Notes under the pieces: model-generated
The model's input: the letters and a program-made list of their open reading frames with translations, nothing else
What the model was told of the DNA's origin: nothing
The model's database searches: none
Source of the DNA: a virus
Virus record (IMG/VR): IMGVR_UViG_3300007735_000800
Coordinates: 62,278 to 126,277 of that record
DNA length: 64,000 nucleotides
Reading direction: 5' to 3' (one strand)
Position numbers and translations under genes: made by a program
Part shown: in pieces, positions 10,783-21,294 of the stretch
Layout: every line of letters starts with the position of its first letter
Numbering within the stretch: position 1 is the stretch's first letter

Positions 10783-11109
10783 ATGACTAGAAGAGAAGAT
10801 TTATTTAAACTACATCAAGATATGTGTTCTGAAGCATTAGAATTGATGAAAAAGAAAAACAATGACTATGCTTCCGGCGTTGATCCATTTATGAATTTTA
10901 GACGAGCAGAATATTTGGGTTTTGCAACGGCAGAACTCGGGGTTCTTATCAGAATGACAGATAAAATGTCAAGAATCTCTACTTTCTTGAACAAGGGAGA
11001 TCTTTCTCTTGCAAACGAAAGCGTCTATGATGCAATTGTTGATATGATCAACTACAGTGTTCTGCTTGCTGGACTGTTGAAGGACAAAGACCAAAAGAAC
11101 AACCAATGA
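10783..11109 (+). CDS. nucleotide modification associated domain (DUF1599/Nmad1-like) protein
   Basis: KKNNDYA..F.NF...RMTDKMSR...ESVYDAIVDMINYSVL. Confidence 0.7.
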   Translation: MTRREDLFKLHQDMCSEALELMKKKNNDYASGVDPFMNFRRAEYLGFATAELGVLIRMTDKMSRISTFLNKGDLSLANESVYDAIVDMINYSVLLAGLLKDKDQKNNQ

Positions 11110-13607
11110 AGTTTTATACTGCCTGTACACTCAAAGGCAATAAAATTTTGGTTCGTGGATACAACAAGGGCAAGAGGTTTACGGACTCCGTGACCTTTAA
11201 GCCATCGTTGTACATTCGTTCAGAAAAAGAATCCAACTACAGAAGTCTCAAGAACATACCCGTCAAGAGAATGATATTCGATTCTCTCTATGACTGCAGA
11301 GAATTCTTGGATCAATACAGAGACATACCGGACTGCCCAATCTATGGAAACACTGATTTCATTACTCAATACCTCATGGAGACTTATTCGGCTGAGGTGG
11401 AATACGATCTTTCCCAAATCAAGGTAGCATATCTTGACTTGGAGTGCGAATCTGAAGGAGGTTTCCCAGATCTAGATTCACCCAACGAAAGAATCAATCT
11501 GATAACCATAAGAATCAACGGTACAACCTATGTAATAAGTTTTACTCCAGTTACCTTGCCAGATTGCAAGGTGATCATGGTTGCATCCGAAAAAGAATTG
11601 ATCAAAAAGATCTTTGAGGTTCTGGCCAAAGAGGATGTTGACATCATAACCGGATGGAACATCAAGCTCTTTGATATGCCCTATATAATAGGTAGGGCAT
11701 TGCTTTTTTACGAACCGGAAGATATACAGAGTTGGTTGCCTTTTGGTTTGATGAAGATGCGTGAGACTGATATAGGCGGAAAGAACTATAAAATTTATGA
11801 GTTCCCCGGCTATACGATTCTGGATTACATGGATCTGTATAAAAAGTTTTCCGGTACCAGCCAAGAAAGCTATGCACTGCAAAACATAGCAAAGGTGGAA
11901 CTCGATGCGCAAAAACTGGATTATAGCGAGTATGGCTCACTGCGTGAGTTTTACAAAAAGAACTTTCAAAAGTTTGCAGAATATAACGTCCAAGACGCTG
12001 TCCTGGTTGAACGACTTGACGATAAACTGAAACTTATCGATCTTGCTGTTTCTATTGCATATGAGGCAAAGATTACTTATGATACTGTATTCTTTGCTAC
12101 CCGTATATGGGAAAGCATATGCTGTGATTATTTGCTAAAGCAAAATATAATTACTCACCTTAAGAAAAAATACGACAAAGATGATCAGTTTGTTGGTGCT
12201 TATGTTAAAGACATAGTTCCCGGATTCTACAACAATGTTGTAAGTTTTGACGCGACCAGTCTGTATCCATCGATTATAATGCAATGGAATATTTCGCCGG
12301 ATACCTGTGTAAATGATGATTCATCATTGAATGCAGATTACTTTTTACAAGAAAATAAAAAAGAACTCCCGGATCTTTTGGAAGATGCCGAGTCCCGAAA
12401 TGCATGCCTCGCATGCAATGGTTCGATGTTCACCAGAGATATAAAAGGATTTATTCCAATTCTCATTGAGAGAACATTCAATCAGCGCAAGGAAGCCAAG
12501 AACAAGATGATTGAACTGGAAAAAGAATATGAACAGACAAAAAATGAAAAACTATTGCCGAGAATCGCGGCACTCAAAGTTCGGCAATCGGTTAAGAAGA
12601 TTCTCGCAAACAGCCTGTACGGTTGTCTTGGCAATCCCGCTTTTGTGTACTCATCTCCTGCACTCGCTACTGCGGTTACCGTCACGGGACAGGTAATTAT
12701 TCGCAAAGCAGAGAATTGCATGAATCAGTACATACAGAAGGTAACCAAGACCGATAAAGATTACGTCATTGCCGTTGATACTGATTCCGTATATCTGCAT
12801 CTAGACGCAATCGTAAAGCAGATTTCCAGTAAAACAAAGATAGATGATGTTACTGATTTCATCGACCAAGTTTGTGAACAGAAGATTCAACCAGAGTTCA
12901 AGAAAGAGATGGAATTGATTGCACATACTCTGGGCTGCACCGAGAACAAGATATTCTTCAAGAGAGAGGCAATTGCATCTGCAGGTATATTCATTGCGAA
13001 GAAAAGATATGCACTGTATCTCCAGGATCTGGAAGGAATCAGGTTCAAGGAACCAAAGCTCAAGATCATGGGTCTTGAGACTGCGCGCAGCAGCACTCCG
13101 GTAGTCGTTAGAAACAAACTAAAAGATTGCATAAAGATTATCCTTACAAAAACCCCAGAGGAGCTGCGAGTTTATGTGGATGAATTCTATGATGAGTTTA
13201 TTAAAATGCCTATTGAGGATATCGCAGCTCCTCGGGGTGTAAAGGGCATTGCTAAGTACGGAGACGGCATTAAAATTTATAAAACTGGAACACCAATTGC
13301 AACAAAAGCAGCTCTACTGCACAATGAATATCTTAGAAAAATGGAACTCACCAAGGACATTCAGATAATCAAAGAGAATGACAAAATGAAGTTTGTCTTT
13401 GTAAAAATTCCAAATCCTTATGGGATAGGTGGCAGGGATGCTGTGATGGGTTTTATCAACAAACCTCCCAAGGAATTTGAATTGGAAACTTACATTGACC
13501 GAAACAAGCAGTTTGAAAAAACTTTCAAAGAGCCTTTGGACAATGTTCTTCAGGCTATTGGTTGGTCGATAAGTAATGAAGTAACACTTGAATCGTTTTT
13601 TGTTTGA
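11106..13607 (+). CDS. gp43: family B DNA polymerase
   Basis: Exo DLE, SFDATSLYPSII, KILANSLYG, AVDTDS, KKRYAL motifs. Confidence 0.97.
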   Translation: MKFYTACTLKGNKILVRGYNKGKRFTDSVTFKPSLYIRSEKESNYRSLKNIPVKRMIFDSLYDCREFLDQYRDIPDCPIYGNTDFITQYLMETYSAEVEYDLSQIKVAYLDLECESEGGFPDLDSPNERINLITIRINGTTYVISFTPVTLPDCKVIMVASEKELIKKIFEVLAKEDVDIITGWNIKLFDMPYIIGRALLFYEPEDIQSWLPFGLMKMRETDIGGKNYKIYEFPGYTILDYMDLYKKFSGTSQESYALQNIAKVELDAQKLDYSEYGSLREFYKKNFQKFAEYNVQDAVLVERLDDKLKLIDLAVSIAYEAKITYDTVFFATRIWESICCDYLLKQNIITHLKKKYDKDDQFVGAYVKDIVPGFYNNVVSFDATSLYPSIIMQWNISPDTCVNDDSSLNADYFLQENKKELPDLLEDAESRNACLACNGSMFTRDIKGFIPILIERTFNQRKEAKNKMIELEKEYEQTKNEKLLPRIAALKVRQSVKKILANSLYGCLGNPAFVYSSPALATAVTVTGQVIIRKAENCMNQYIQKVTKTDKDYVIAVDTDSVYLHLDAIVKQISSKTKIDDVTDFIDQVCEQKIQPEFKKEMELIAHTLGCTENKIFFKREAIASAGIFIAKKRYALYLQDLEGIRFKEPKLKIMGLETARSSTPVVVRNKLKDCIKIILTKTPEELRVYVDEFYDEFIKMPIEDIAAPRGVKGIAKYGDGIKIYKTGTPIATKAALLHNEYLRKMELTKDIQIIKENDKMKFVFVKIPNPYGIGGRDAVMGFINKPPKEFELETYIDRNKQFEKTFKEPLDNVLQAIGWSISNEVTLESFFV

Positions 13608-13621
13608 GGTATAATAAAACC

Positions 13622-14197
13622 ATGACTTGGAAATATAGTACAGATGTTATGAATGGTAGATACACCATTCATTGGAGTCCCAGTACGTATGGAAACCCAT
13701 ATGTCAATTCAATACAACAAATTGATTTGGGCGATATTTCTTTTCAAGATGTGACTTTTGTTTATGATATTAATAAACACTCGGGTTATATTTGTGCTGT
13801 CATAAAAGATAAACAATCGTCGCAAACCTATGACATTCCTACATTTATGGTAACTGGTGCATTTTTGAATGATATGGGTTTGAACTGCGAAGATAAAACA
13901 CCAAAAGACGATAAATTTATTGAAAAAGTAATTTTGATTTTGAACGAAACTGGATTTTGGAATAGCGCATCAACTAAGCAGAAAATGACGAAAAAGCCTA
14001 CTAAAACTTATACCATAAAAAATTTGGAATATGATCCTAATTTGTTTTATGAGAAAAAACCAACTCAAGTAGATGACAGTTCTAAACTCAAGTATGAAAT
14101 AAAACAAAAAGATGCATTGATTGCCGAATTGAAAGAGCAGATTCAGGAACTAAAAGAAGACATTGAAATGCTAAAAGCAGTAAATCAGGAGTATTAA
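13622..14197 (+). CDS. hypothetical protein, C-terminal coiled coil
   Basis: Start placed at ATG 13622, 6 nt after TATAAT (13610-13615). Confidence 0.6.
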   Translation: MTWKYSTDVMNGRYTIHWSPSTYGNPYVNSIQQIDLGDISFQDVTFVYDINKHSGYICAVIKDKQSSQTYDIPTFMVTGAFLNDMGLNCEDKTPKDDKFIEKVILILNETGFWNSASTKQKMTKKPTKTYTIKNLEYDPNLFYEKKPTQVDDSSKLKYEIKQKDALIAELKEQIQELKEDIEMLKAVNQEY

Positions 14198-14200
14198 GAA

Positions 14201-14503
14201 ATGGTAAAGAAACTTAAATCTAGATATGGTGATGAACGAATTATTACGCTTCTTGAAGATGGACGTTACCGAATCGAAGGCAGGTCTCTTTATACTCGCC
14301 ACGGCACTGGTCTATTTGACTTTGAAGGCGGTCCATGCTATATCATTGGTGATAGACTTCTTGATGTTGAAGACACCCCTGTAATAACCAATATAGAAAT
14401 TGATGAAAGCAACCTTGCAGATAACTATGCAAGTGTTATACTTTCCGTTAAGAAAGCAAAAAATGTCAAAGTATCTAAAAAATCTAATAAGCAAAATCGA
14501 TAA
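14201..14503 (+). CDS. hypothetical protein
   Basis: Intact ORF in the replication operon. Confidence 0.55.
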   Translation: MVKKLKSRYGDERIITLLEDGRYRIEGRSLYTRHGTGLFDFEGGPCYIIGDRLLDVEDTPVITNIEIDESNLADNYASVILSVKKAKNVKVSKKSNKQNR

Positions 14504-15485
14504 TCCTGACGCAACTCTTGTATCGGAAGGTATCGATGGGGCGGATGTATCCGGCTTCATTGACACTGGTTCATATGCATTGAATGCATTGCTGTCTGGA
14601 TCCATCTTCGGGGGTTTACCAAACAACAAGATCTCCTGCTTGGCAGGAGATCCGGCAACGGGAAAGACCTTCTATGCCATTGGCATCGCAGGCCAGTTCC
14701 TAAAGGATCACAAAGACGGTGTTGTGATTTATTTTGATACCGAGCAAGCAGTGACATCTGACATGTTCACTGCAAGGGGAGTTGATCCTGAGCGTGTAGC
14801 AGTCATTCCCGTTGCCACAATCGAAGAGTTCAAGACACAGGCACTTAAGATTGTCAATGACATTCTTGAGCAGCCCGAAGAGGATCGCAAGCCGGTCTTC
14901 ATGATTCTTGACTCACTTGGCATGTTGTCTACTCGTAAGGAGATGACTGATTCTGCTGAAGGCAAGGATGTTCGTGACATGACCAAGGCTCAGCAGACCA
15001 AGGCAACATTCAGGGTTCTTACTCTGAAGCTTGGCAAGGCCAAGATTCCCATGCTCCTTACCAACCACACATATCAGGTAATTGGAGCATATGTACCCAC
15101 AAAAGAACTTGGTGGTGGCATTGGACTGAAATATGCTGCTAGCAATATTCTTACTTTGTCCAAGAGCAAAGACAAAACAGATGAGGGTGTTGTTGGAAAC
15201 TTTATTAAGTGCACCAACTACAAGAATCGTTTTGTCAAGGAGAACATGCAGGTTGAGACCCGGTTAAACTATACATCTGGTTTGAGCAGATACTATGGTT
15301 TGACAGATCTTGCTATAAAATATGGAATCTTTAAAAAGGTTTCTACTAGAATTGAATTGCCAGATGGATCAAAGGTGTTTGAAAAAAACATTGACGACGA
15401 ACCAGAAAAATATTTTACCTTGGATATTCTAAATAAACTCGATATAGCAGTTCAAAAGGATTTTAAATATGGACAAAATTCCTGA
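14463..15485 (+). CDS. uvsX: RecA-like recombinase UvsX
   Basis: IDTGSYALNALLSGS, AGDPATGKT, ILDSLG motifs; start at MSKYLK. Confidence 0.93.
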   Translation: MSKYLKNLISKIDNPDATLVSEGIDGADVSGFIDTGSYALNALLSGSIFGGLPNNKISCLAGDPATGKTFYAIGIAGQFLKDHKDGVVIYFDTEQAVTSDMFTARGVDPERVAVIPVATIEEFKTQALKIVNDILEQPEEDRKPVFMILDSLGMLSTRKEMTDSAEGKDVRDMTKAQQTKATFRVLTLKLGKAKIPMLLTNHTYQVIGAYVPTKELGGGIGLKYAASNILTLSKSKDKTDEGVVGNFIKCTNYKNRFVKENMQVETRLNYTSGLSRYYGLTDLAIKYGIFKKVSTRIELPDGSKVFEKNIDDEPEKYFTLDILNKLDIAVQKDFKYGQNS

Positions 15486-15789
15486 ATATAAATTTTTAGA
15501 ATTACTTTGTGAAGAAAACGACACATGCCCAATACAAATTTTAAGCGGGCAGTTTAAAGATATAGTTTACAAATATGGTAAAATTTCTTTGCAAGAATTG
15601 CCTAATGATGAATTGTCTGTAAACATGGATATTACAGTTATAACTTGTCCAGAGAGTTTTGATCAACAAAACAAAGAATTTACTCAAACTGTCGGAGAAA
15701 TTTTTGTAAATATAATTGAAAATAATTTGGCAGAAACAAAAACAAAAGAAGAGCCTATTGATTTGGAAGACGATGTGCATTCTGATTAA
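15469..15789 (+). CDS. gp40-like head vertex assembly protein (tentative)
   Basis: IQILSGQFKDIVYKYGKI pattern; position between uvsX and gp41 as in T4. Confidence 0.45.
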   Translation: MDKIPEYKFLELLCEENDTCPIQILSGQFKDIVYKYGKISLQELPNDELSVNMDITVITCPESFDQQNKEFTQTVGEIFVNIIENNLAETKTKEEPIDLEDDVHSD

Positions 15790-15826
15790 TGCTGGACTTT
15801 TTTGAAAAAAGCGATACAATAAAAAC

Positions 15827-17242
15827 ATGGAATCAGTAATTCTAAAGAACTTGGTCCTCAATGAGGACTATGCTCGCAAAGTTGTACCTTTTCTGCACGA
15901 AGAATATTTTCACGACAAGTGTGAAAAGACTATCTTTGGCATTGTAGGTAAGTTTATATTAAAATATAACAATATTCCCACCAAAGATGCAATTGTTATT
16001 ACTTTGGAGAATGAAAAAACTCTTGGAGAAGTTGAATTCAAGAAGTGTGTCTCTATATGCGATGAGATGTACAAAGAGGGAGAAAAGTCGGATACAACTT
16101 GGCTTGTAGAGAATACAGAAAAATTTTGCAAAGAAAAGGCAATTTACAATGGTATCATGGAATCCATCGGTATCATTGAAGGCAAAGACAAGGAAAAAAC
16201 TCAAAATGCTATTCCTGAAATCATGTCTAAGGCTTTGTCTGTTTCTTTTGACACTAAGGTTGGGCACGACTTTCTTGAGGACGTAGATCAACGATATGAC
16301 TATTACCATAGAGTTGAGGAAAAAGTCCCGTTTGATCTAGACATGTTTAATACCATAACAAGAGGCGGCACAAGGAAGAAAACACTTAACGTTGTCATGG
16401 CAGCTTCTGGTGTTGGCAAGAGTGCATTTCTTTGCCATCATGCAGCCGCATGCCTATCACAGAACCTAAATGTTCTTTACATAACTCTTGAGATGGCAGA
16501 AGAAGAAATTGCCAAGAGAATTGATGCAAATCTTCTTGATACGGACATGCACGATCTTGAAAAAATGCCACTTACCCAATATGAAGGTAAAGTTGAAAAC
16601 CTGAAGAGGACTTGCCGTGGACGATTGATCATCAAGGAATATCCTACAGCAGCAGCAAACGTAACTCATTTCAAAAATCTAATCGAAGAACTCAAGATCA
16701 AGAAAAAGTTTACTCCAGATGTAATTTTTGTTGATTACTTGAACATTTGCTCATGCGCAAGGTTTAAACTTGGAAACGGCATGAACAGCTATACCTATGT
16801 AAAAGGAATCGCAGAAGAACTCAGGGGTATGGCAAAGCAGTTTAATGTTCCTCTCTGGACGGCAACCCAGGTTAACAGAGAAGGCGCAAAGAGCAGTGAT
16901 ATGGAAATGACCGATACTTCTGAAAGTTTTGGTTTGCCACAAACTGCAGATTTCTTCTTTGCTTTGATAGAGAATGAAGAACTCGCTGCATCTGGTCAGA
17001 TCATGGTAAAACAATTGAAGAACCGTGGAAATGACCTCACCAAGAATAGAAAGTTCCTTGTTGGTGTTAATAAGTCGAAGATGAAATTCTATGATGTGGA
17101 CAACACAAACAATAATTTGGTAAACTCCAACAACAACGATGATGAAGATCTTGGATCTGGATTTGATGGAAAAGCATTCAACCCACAATTTGGTAAGAAG
17201 AAGAACAAAGCCTTGAACTGGACCTTTGAAGGCGCTAAATAA
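15827..17242 (+). CDS. gp41: DnaB-like replicative helicase
   Basis: AASGVGKS, YITLEMAEE, IIKEYPT, VDYLNI, TATQVNREG motifs. Confidence 0.96.
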   Translation: MESVILKNLVLNEDYARKVVPFLHEEYFHDKCEKTIFGIVGKFILKYNNIPTKDAIVITLENEKTLGEVEFKKCVSICDEMYKEGEKSDTTWLVENTEKFCKEKAIYNGIMESIGIIEGKDKEKTQNAIPEIMSKALSVSFDTKVGHDFLEDVDQRYDYYHRVEEKVPFDLDMFNTITRGGTRKKTLNVVMAASGVGKSAFLCHHAAACLSQNLNVLYITLEMAEEEIAKRIDANLLDTDMHDLEKMPLTQYEGKVENLKRTCRGRLIIKEYPTAAANVTHFKNLIEELKIKKKFTPDVIFVDYLNICSCARFKLGNGMNSYTYVKGIAEELRGMAKQFNVPLWTATQVNREGAKSSDMEMTDTSESFGLPQTADFFFALIENEELAASGQIMVKQLKNRGNDLTKNRKFLVGVNKSKMKFYDVDNTNNNLVNSNNNDDEDLGSGFDGKAFNPQFGKKKNKALNWTFEGAK

Positions 17243-18219
17243 TGTTGTATATTGATAAAAAGTATGTGAATCTTCTTTCTGGTTCGTTGCAAAAGTTTAA
17301 GTGGAAAAAAGATTCGTTAGCCACATGCAGGTGTTTCAAGTGTGGCGACTCAAAGAAAAACAAATCCAAGACAAGGGGATATTTTTTTGAGCATAAAGGC
17401 CATTATGTTTACAAATGCCACAATTGCGGGTTTTCTTGTAATCTTTATTCTGTACTTGAAAGTATCAGCCCATCTCTCTGCAAAGAATACTCGTTTGAAC
17501 TCTACAAAGAAAAAAATCCAGAACCAAAGAGAGAAATTGAATCCAAAAAGCGTCAACCTGTGTTTAGTGAACTCGGCACAAGGCTTGACCTACTCAATCC
17601 AGAGCATAAGGCAATAAAATATGTTGAATCTAGAAGAATACCGAAAGAAAAGTATAGCAATTTTTATTACACTTCAGATTTTGGTAAGATCATGGATTCC
17701 TTTGATCGTGAAGGAAAAGCAGAAGAAAGATTGGTCATTCCTTTCTACAATGAGGCCGGAGAGCTTATTGGTGTGCAGGGACGAGCGTTCGGTGAGAATG
17801 CAATACGCTATATTACGCTCAAACAAGAAGGTTGCGAACGCCTTTGGTATAATCTAGACAAGGTAGATCCGCGCTCGACTGTTTATGTGACAGAGGGACC
17901 CATAGATTCTATGTTTATACCAAATGGAATCGCAATGCAGGGTGCCGGATGGTTGGCGGAACTTCCAGAGAAGATAAAAAACTCAAAAGTAATTTTTATT
18001 TTTGACAATGAGCCTAGAAACCATGAAATAGTCCAGTTGATTGGTAAGTATATTGATTGCGGAAGAGAAGTAGTAATCTGGCCCGAAGAGATAAATAAAA
18101 AAGATATAAATGATATGGTTTTGGCTTATGGATCACAACAGACAATCAAGCTCATAATCAATAATGTTTATTCTGGACTTAAGGCAAAAATGAAATACAC
18201 TTATTGGAAGAAGGTTTAA
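17242..18219 (+). CDS. gp61: DNA primase
   Basis: CFKCGDS...CHNC zinc finger, VTEGPIDSMF, FDNEPRN, KDINDM. Confidence 0.95.
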   Translation: MLYIDKKYVNLLSGSLQKFKWKKDSLATCRCFKCGDSKKNKSKTRGYFFEHKGHYVYKCHNCGFSCNLYSVLESISPSLCKEYSFELYKEKNPEPKREIESKKRQPVFSELGTRLDLLNPEHKAIKYVESRRIPKEKYSNFYYTSDFGKIMDSFDREGKAEERLVIPFYNEAGELIGVQGRAFGENAIRYITLKQEGCERLWYNLDKVDPRSTVYVTEGPIDSMFIPNGIAMQGAGWLAELPEKIKNSKVIFIFDNEPRNHEIVQLIGKYIDCGREVVIWPEEINKKDINDMVLAYGSQQTIKLIINNVYSGLKAKMKYTYWKKV

Positions 18220-18220
18220 T

Positions 18221-18451
18221 ATGGACGAAAACGAAGACTTATCAGAGGAAGACATTTTAAAGGCCAGCGAAGCTTATTTAATGTTCGTCCATAGATTTAG
18301 TGAATATGTAAAAGAAATGGACCCAAAGCTCTGGGAAAGAGCCAGAGAATATGCAGCTGATTTTACAAAAATACCAGGTGTAAAGATTGAACTTGTAGAT
18401 GAGGATATTAATGATGACACAGACGGAAACCACAAAAACGGATCAGACTAA
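18221..18451 (+). CDS. small acidic hypothetical protein
   Basis: Intact ORF between primase and thyX. Confidence 0.55.
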   Translation: MDENEDLSEEDILKASEAYLMFVHRFSEYVKEMDPKLWERAREYAADFTKIPGVKIELVDEDINDDTDGNHKNGSD

Positions 18452-19145
18452 TAAAGTTTTAGTTTTGGATCACGGCCACGTTGATTTGATTGATTGGATG
18501 GGTTCAGATCTTAGTGTGGTCAATGCAGCCAGAGTTTCTTTCAATAAGGAAAGTTCCTGGGATTATGCAGATAGCCATGTTCCAATCAAGTCTTTGCCAG
18601 AAAAAGATGCTAAACTAATAAAGTATCTTGCAAAGCATGATCACTTTACTCCATTTTGTCACCCTCAGATTAGTATAAGGGTCAAGTGTCCAATTTTTGT
18701 TCGTGCTCAACTAGGCAAACACCAGATTGGTCTTGTTATGAATGAGGTTAGCCGGCGCTATGTAACATTTGAACCTGAAATTTATACTCCTCTCTGGCGG
18801 AATGCACCAACTGACGGAGCCAAGCAGGGAAGCAGTGGTGCAATCGAAGATATGGATACTTGCATTCGTATGCGGCAGGAGTATGATGCCGTTGCAAAAG
18901 AATGTCTGGATCTTTATAGTAAACTTATTCAAGATGGTGTTGCACCCGAACAAGCAAGATCCATTCTTCCCCAAGGAACTTATACGGAATTTGTGTGGAC
19001 TGGTTCTCTCTACGCATTTGCCCGCATTTATAACCTGAGAATCGATGCTCACGCACAATGGGAAATTCAGCAATATGCAAAAGCAATTGACAAATTAATT
19101 GCTCCCCTTTTCCCAGTTTCGTGGCAAACTCTAACAACTAAATAA
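18411..19145 (+). CDS. thyX: FAD-dependent thymidylate synthase ThyX
   Basis: MGSDLSVVNAARVSF, HFTPF, NEVSRRY, EQARSILPQ, RIDAHAQWEI. Confidence 0.95.
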   Translation: MMTQTETTKTDQTNKVLVLDHGHVDLIDWMGSDLSVVNAARVSFNKESSWDYADSHVPIKSLPEKDAKLIKYLAKHDHFTPFCHPQISIRVKCPIFVRAQLGKHQIGLVMNEVSRRYVTFEPEIYTPLWRNAPTDGAKQGSSGAIEDMDTCIRMRQEYDAVAKECLDLYSKLIQDGVAPEQARSILPQGTYTEFVWTGSLYAFARIYNLRIDAHAQWEIQQYAKAIDKLIAPLFPVSWQTLTTK

Positions 19146-19170
19146 AGACACCACTACAGGAGTCTCAAAT

Positions 19171-21060
19171 ATGGCAGAAATTTTATCACCGTTTCAATCG
19201 TTTATTTTCATCTCACGCTACTCCAGATGGCTTCCCGATTACAATCGCAGAGAAAGTTGGGAGGAGTGCGTAGAGCGTTGGTGGAATTACTTTACGAACA
19301 AGGTCCCTCAACTTGCAGAACGCCCTGATGTAAAGGATGCAATTCTGAATCTTGAGGTTCTTCCATCTATGCGTAGTCTGATGACTGCTGGACCAGCATT
19401 AGACCACGACAATACTTGTTTGTACAACTGCTCTTATTTGCCAATTGATTCTCTTGAATCATTTGCTGAGTTGTTTGTCGTTCTCATGAATGGAACTGGC
19501 GTTGGTTATTCTGTTGAGCGTCAATACACAGACAAACTCCCAACAGTTTCAAGCAAGATTGAGAAGCACTTCAACGTGACTTACGTTGTTGAAGATTCAA
19601 AGGAAGGCTGGGGCAATGCAGTCAAGTTCTTGATGGATCATCTATATGCAGGTCGCCACATCAAGTGGGACTTGAGCAAGATTCGTCCTGCTGGTGCAAG
19701 ACTCAAGACATTTGGTGGTCGTGCCAGTGGCCCAGCACCACTTGACAATTTGTTTAAATTCCTTGTCAAGGTTTTCTACAACGCACAAGGACGCAAGTTG
19801 ACTGCTCTTGAATGCCATGATATTTGCTGCGCCATTGCCAATGCTGTGATCGTTGGTGGTGTTCGTCGTTCTGCCATGATTTCTCTCAGCGATTTGTCTG
19901 ATCGTGAGATGGCTCACTGCAAGAGTGGTGCATGGTGGGAGCAGGCTGGTTTCCGCTCATACGCAAACAACTCTGCGGTATATCGTGGTCGCCCACCGAT
20001 GGGTCAGTTCCTTGAGGAGTGGACATCACTGTACAACAGTCACAGCGGTGAGCGTGGAATGATTAACCGCAGAGCCTTGCAGGAACAAGCAGCCAAGTGG
20101 GGCCGCGACGAAAACTGTGAATATGGAACAAACCCGTGCTCAGAGATTATTCTCAAGCCATTTGAGTTCTGCAATCTTTCAACTGTTGTCGTTCGTCCCG
20201 ATGATACTGCAGCAACTTTGAAGAAGAAGATTGAGATTGCCACGATCATAGGAACTGTTCAATCTACTTTCACGAACTTCCCATATCTTCGTCCAGAGTG
20301 GAAGAAGAATTGTGAAGATGAAAGATTGCTCGGTGTAAGCATGACAGGGATTTATGACAACAAACTTACCAGTGGTCTTGAAGGTAAGCCAAAGTTGATC
20401 CGTCTACTTGAAACCCTTCGTGATCATGCAACAGCAACAAATCTCAAGTGGGCAGAGAAGCTTGGTATCAACCCAAGCAAGTCAATCACTTGCGTCAAGC
20501 CAGAGGGAACAACTTCTTGCTTGGTGGATTCTGCATCAGGGCTACACCCAAGATATGCGGATTATTATTATCGTAGAATTCGCATCGACAAGAAGGATCC
20601 AATCTACAATCTCATGAAGGATCAAGGCGTTCCTTGTGAAAATGATGTTATCAACCCAGGAAACACAGCGGTCTTCACCTTTGCGATGAAGGCCCCCAAG
20701 GGAACAATCACCACGGAAGATCTCCGTGCATTGGATCATTTGGATCTGTGGAAGACATATCAGGAACACTATTGCCACCACAAGCCATCTATTACCGTGA
20801 ACTACAGGGACTCTGAGTTCCTTGAGGTCGGCCAGTGGCTGTGGGAAAACTTTGATGTGGCAACAGGAATTTCGTTCCTTCCTGGTGGTGATAGCCATAC
20901 ATATGCTCAGGCTCCATTTGAGCAAATTGATTCTGCTACATATTCGGCACATCCAAAGGTTAAGGTTAACTTCAAGGATCTGTCTAAATATGAAGCAGAA
21001 GACAATACTGAGGCAGCAAAGGAATATGCGTGCAGCGCTGGCGGTTGTCAGATAGTCTGA
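19171..21060 (+). CDS. nrdJ: class II (B12-dependent) ribonucleotide reductase
   Basis: PSMRSL..NCSY, GTGVG, NPCSEI, VKPEGTTS; monomeric RTPR-like size; no beta subunit gene adjacent. Confidence 0.9.
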   Translation: MAEILSPFQSFIFISRYSRWLPDYNRRESWEECVERWWNYFTNKVPQLAERPDVKDAILNLEVLPSMRSLMTAGPALDHDNTCLYNCSYLPIDSLESFAELFVVLMNGTGVGYSVERQYTDKLPTVSSKIEKHFNVTYVVEDSKEGWGNAVKFLMDHLYAGRHIKWDLSKIRPAGARLKTFGGRASGPAPLDNLFKFLVKVFYNAQGRKLTALECHDICCAIANAVIVGGVRRSAMISLSDLSDREMAHCKSGAWWEQAGFRSYANNSAVYRGRPPMGQFLEEWTSLYNSHSGERGMINRRALQEQAAKWGRDENCEYGTNPCSEIILKPFEFCNLSTVVVRPDDTAATLKKKIEIATIIGTVQSTFTNFPYLRPEWKKNCEDERLLGVSMTGIYDNKLTSGLEGKPKLIRLLETLRDHATATNLKWAEKLGINPSKSITCVKPEGTTSCLVDSASGLHPRYADYYYRRIRIDKKDPIYNLMKDQGVPCENDVINPGNTAVFTFAMKAPKGTITTEDLRALDHLDLWKTYQEHYCHHKPSITVNYRDSEFLEVGQWLWENFDVATGISFLPGGDSHTYAQAPFEQIDSATYSAHPKVKVNFKDLSKYEAEDNTEAAKEYACSAGGCQIV

Positions 21061-21067
21061 TCCTCAA

Positions 21068-21141
21068 TCCTCGGTAGCTCAGCTGGTAGAAGCGGGAAGC
21101 TGTTAACTTCCATGTCGCTGGTTCGATCCCAGCCCGAGGAG
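21068..21141 (+). tRNA. tRNA-Asn(GTT)
   Basis: TCCTCGG/CCGAGGA acceptor, GGAAG-CTGTTAA-CTTCC anticodon arm, TTCGATC T-loop. Confidence 0.93.
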
Positions 21142-21146
21142 CATAA

Positions 21147-21176
21147 AAAAATCCTTCCCTTGCGGGAAGGATTTTT
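21147..21176. terminator. intrinsic terminator, probably bidirectional
   Basis: AAAAATCCTTCCC-TTGC-GGGAAGGATTTTT perfect hairpin. Confidence 0.85.
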
Positions 21177-21191
21177 CATAAATATTTTTGT

Positions 21192-21276
21192 CAGCGGCGG
21201 TGGGATATTTCCACGCATTCCTTTTGGGCCAGTCTAAGTATAAACCCATCGTAATGCTAAGGAACCACCGCTGCTG
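21192..21276 (+). ncRNA. long imperfect hairpin, candidate small RNA
   Basis: CAGCGGCGGTGG/CCACCGCTGCTG closing stem, nested TTCC/GGAA, GCATT/AATGC, TGGG/CCCA; TAAATA just upstream. Confidence 0.4.
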
Positions 21277-21294
21277 GCCAAGGTATAAATATAT

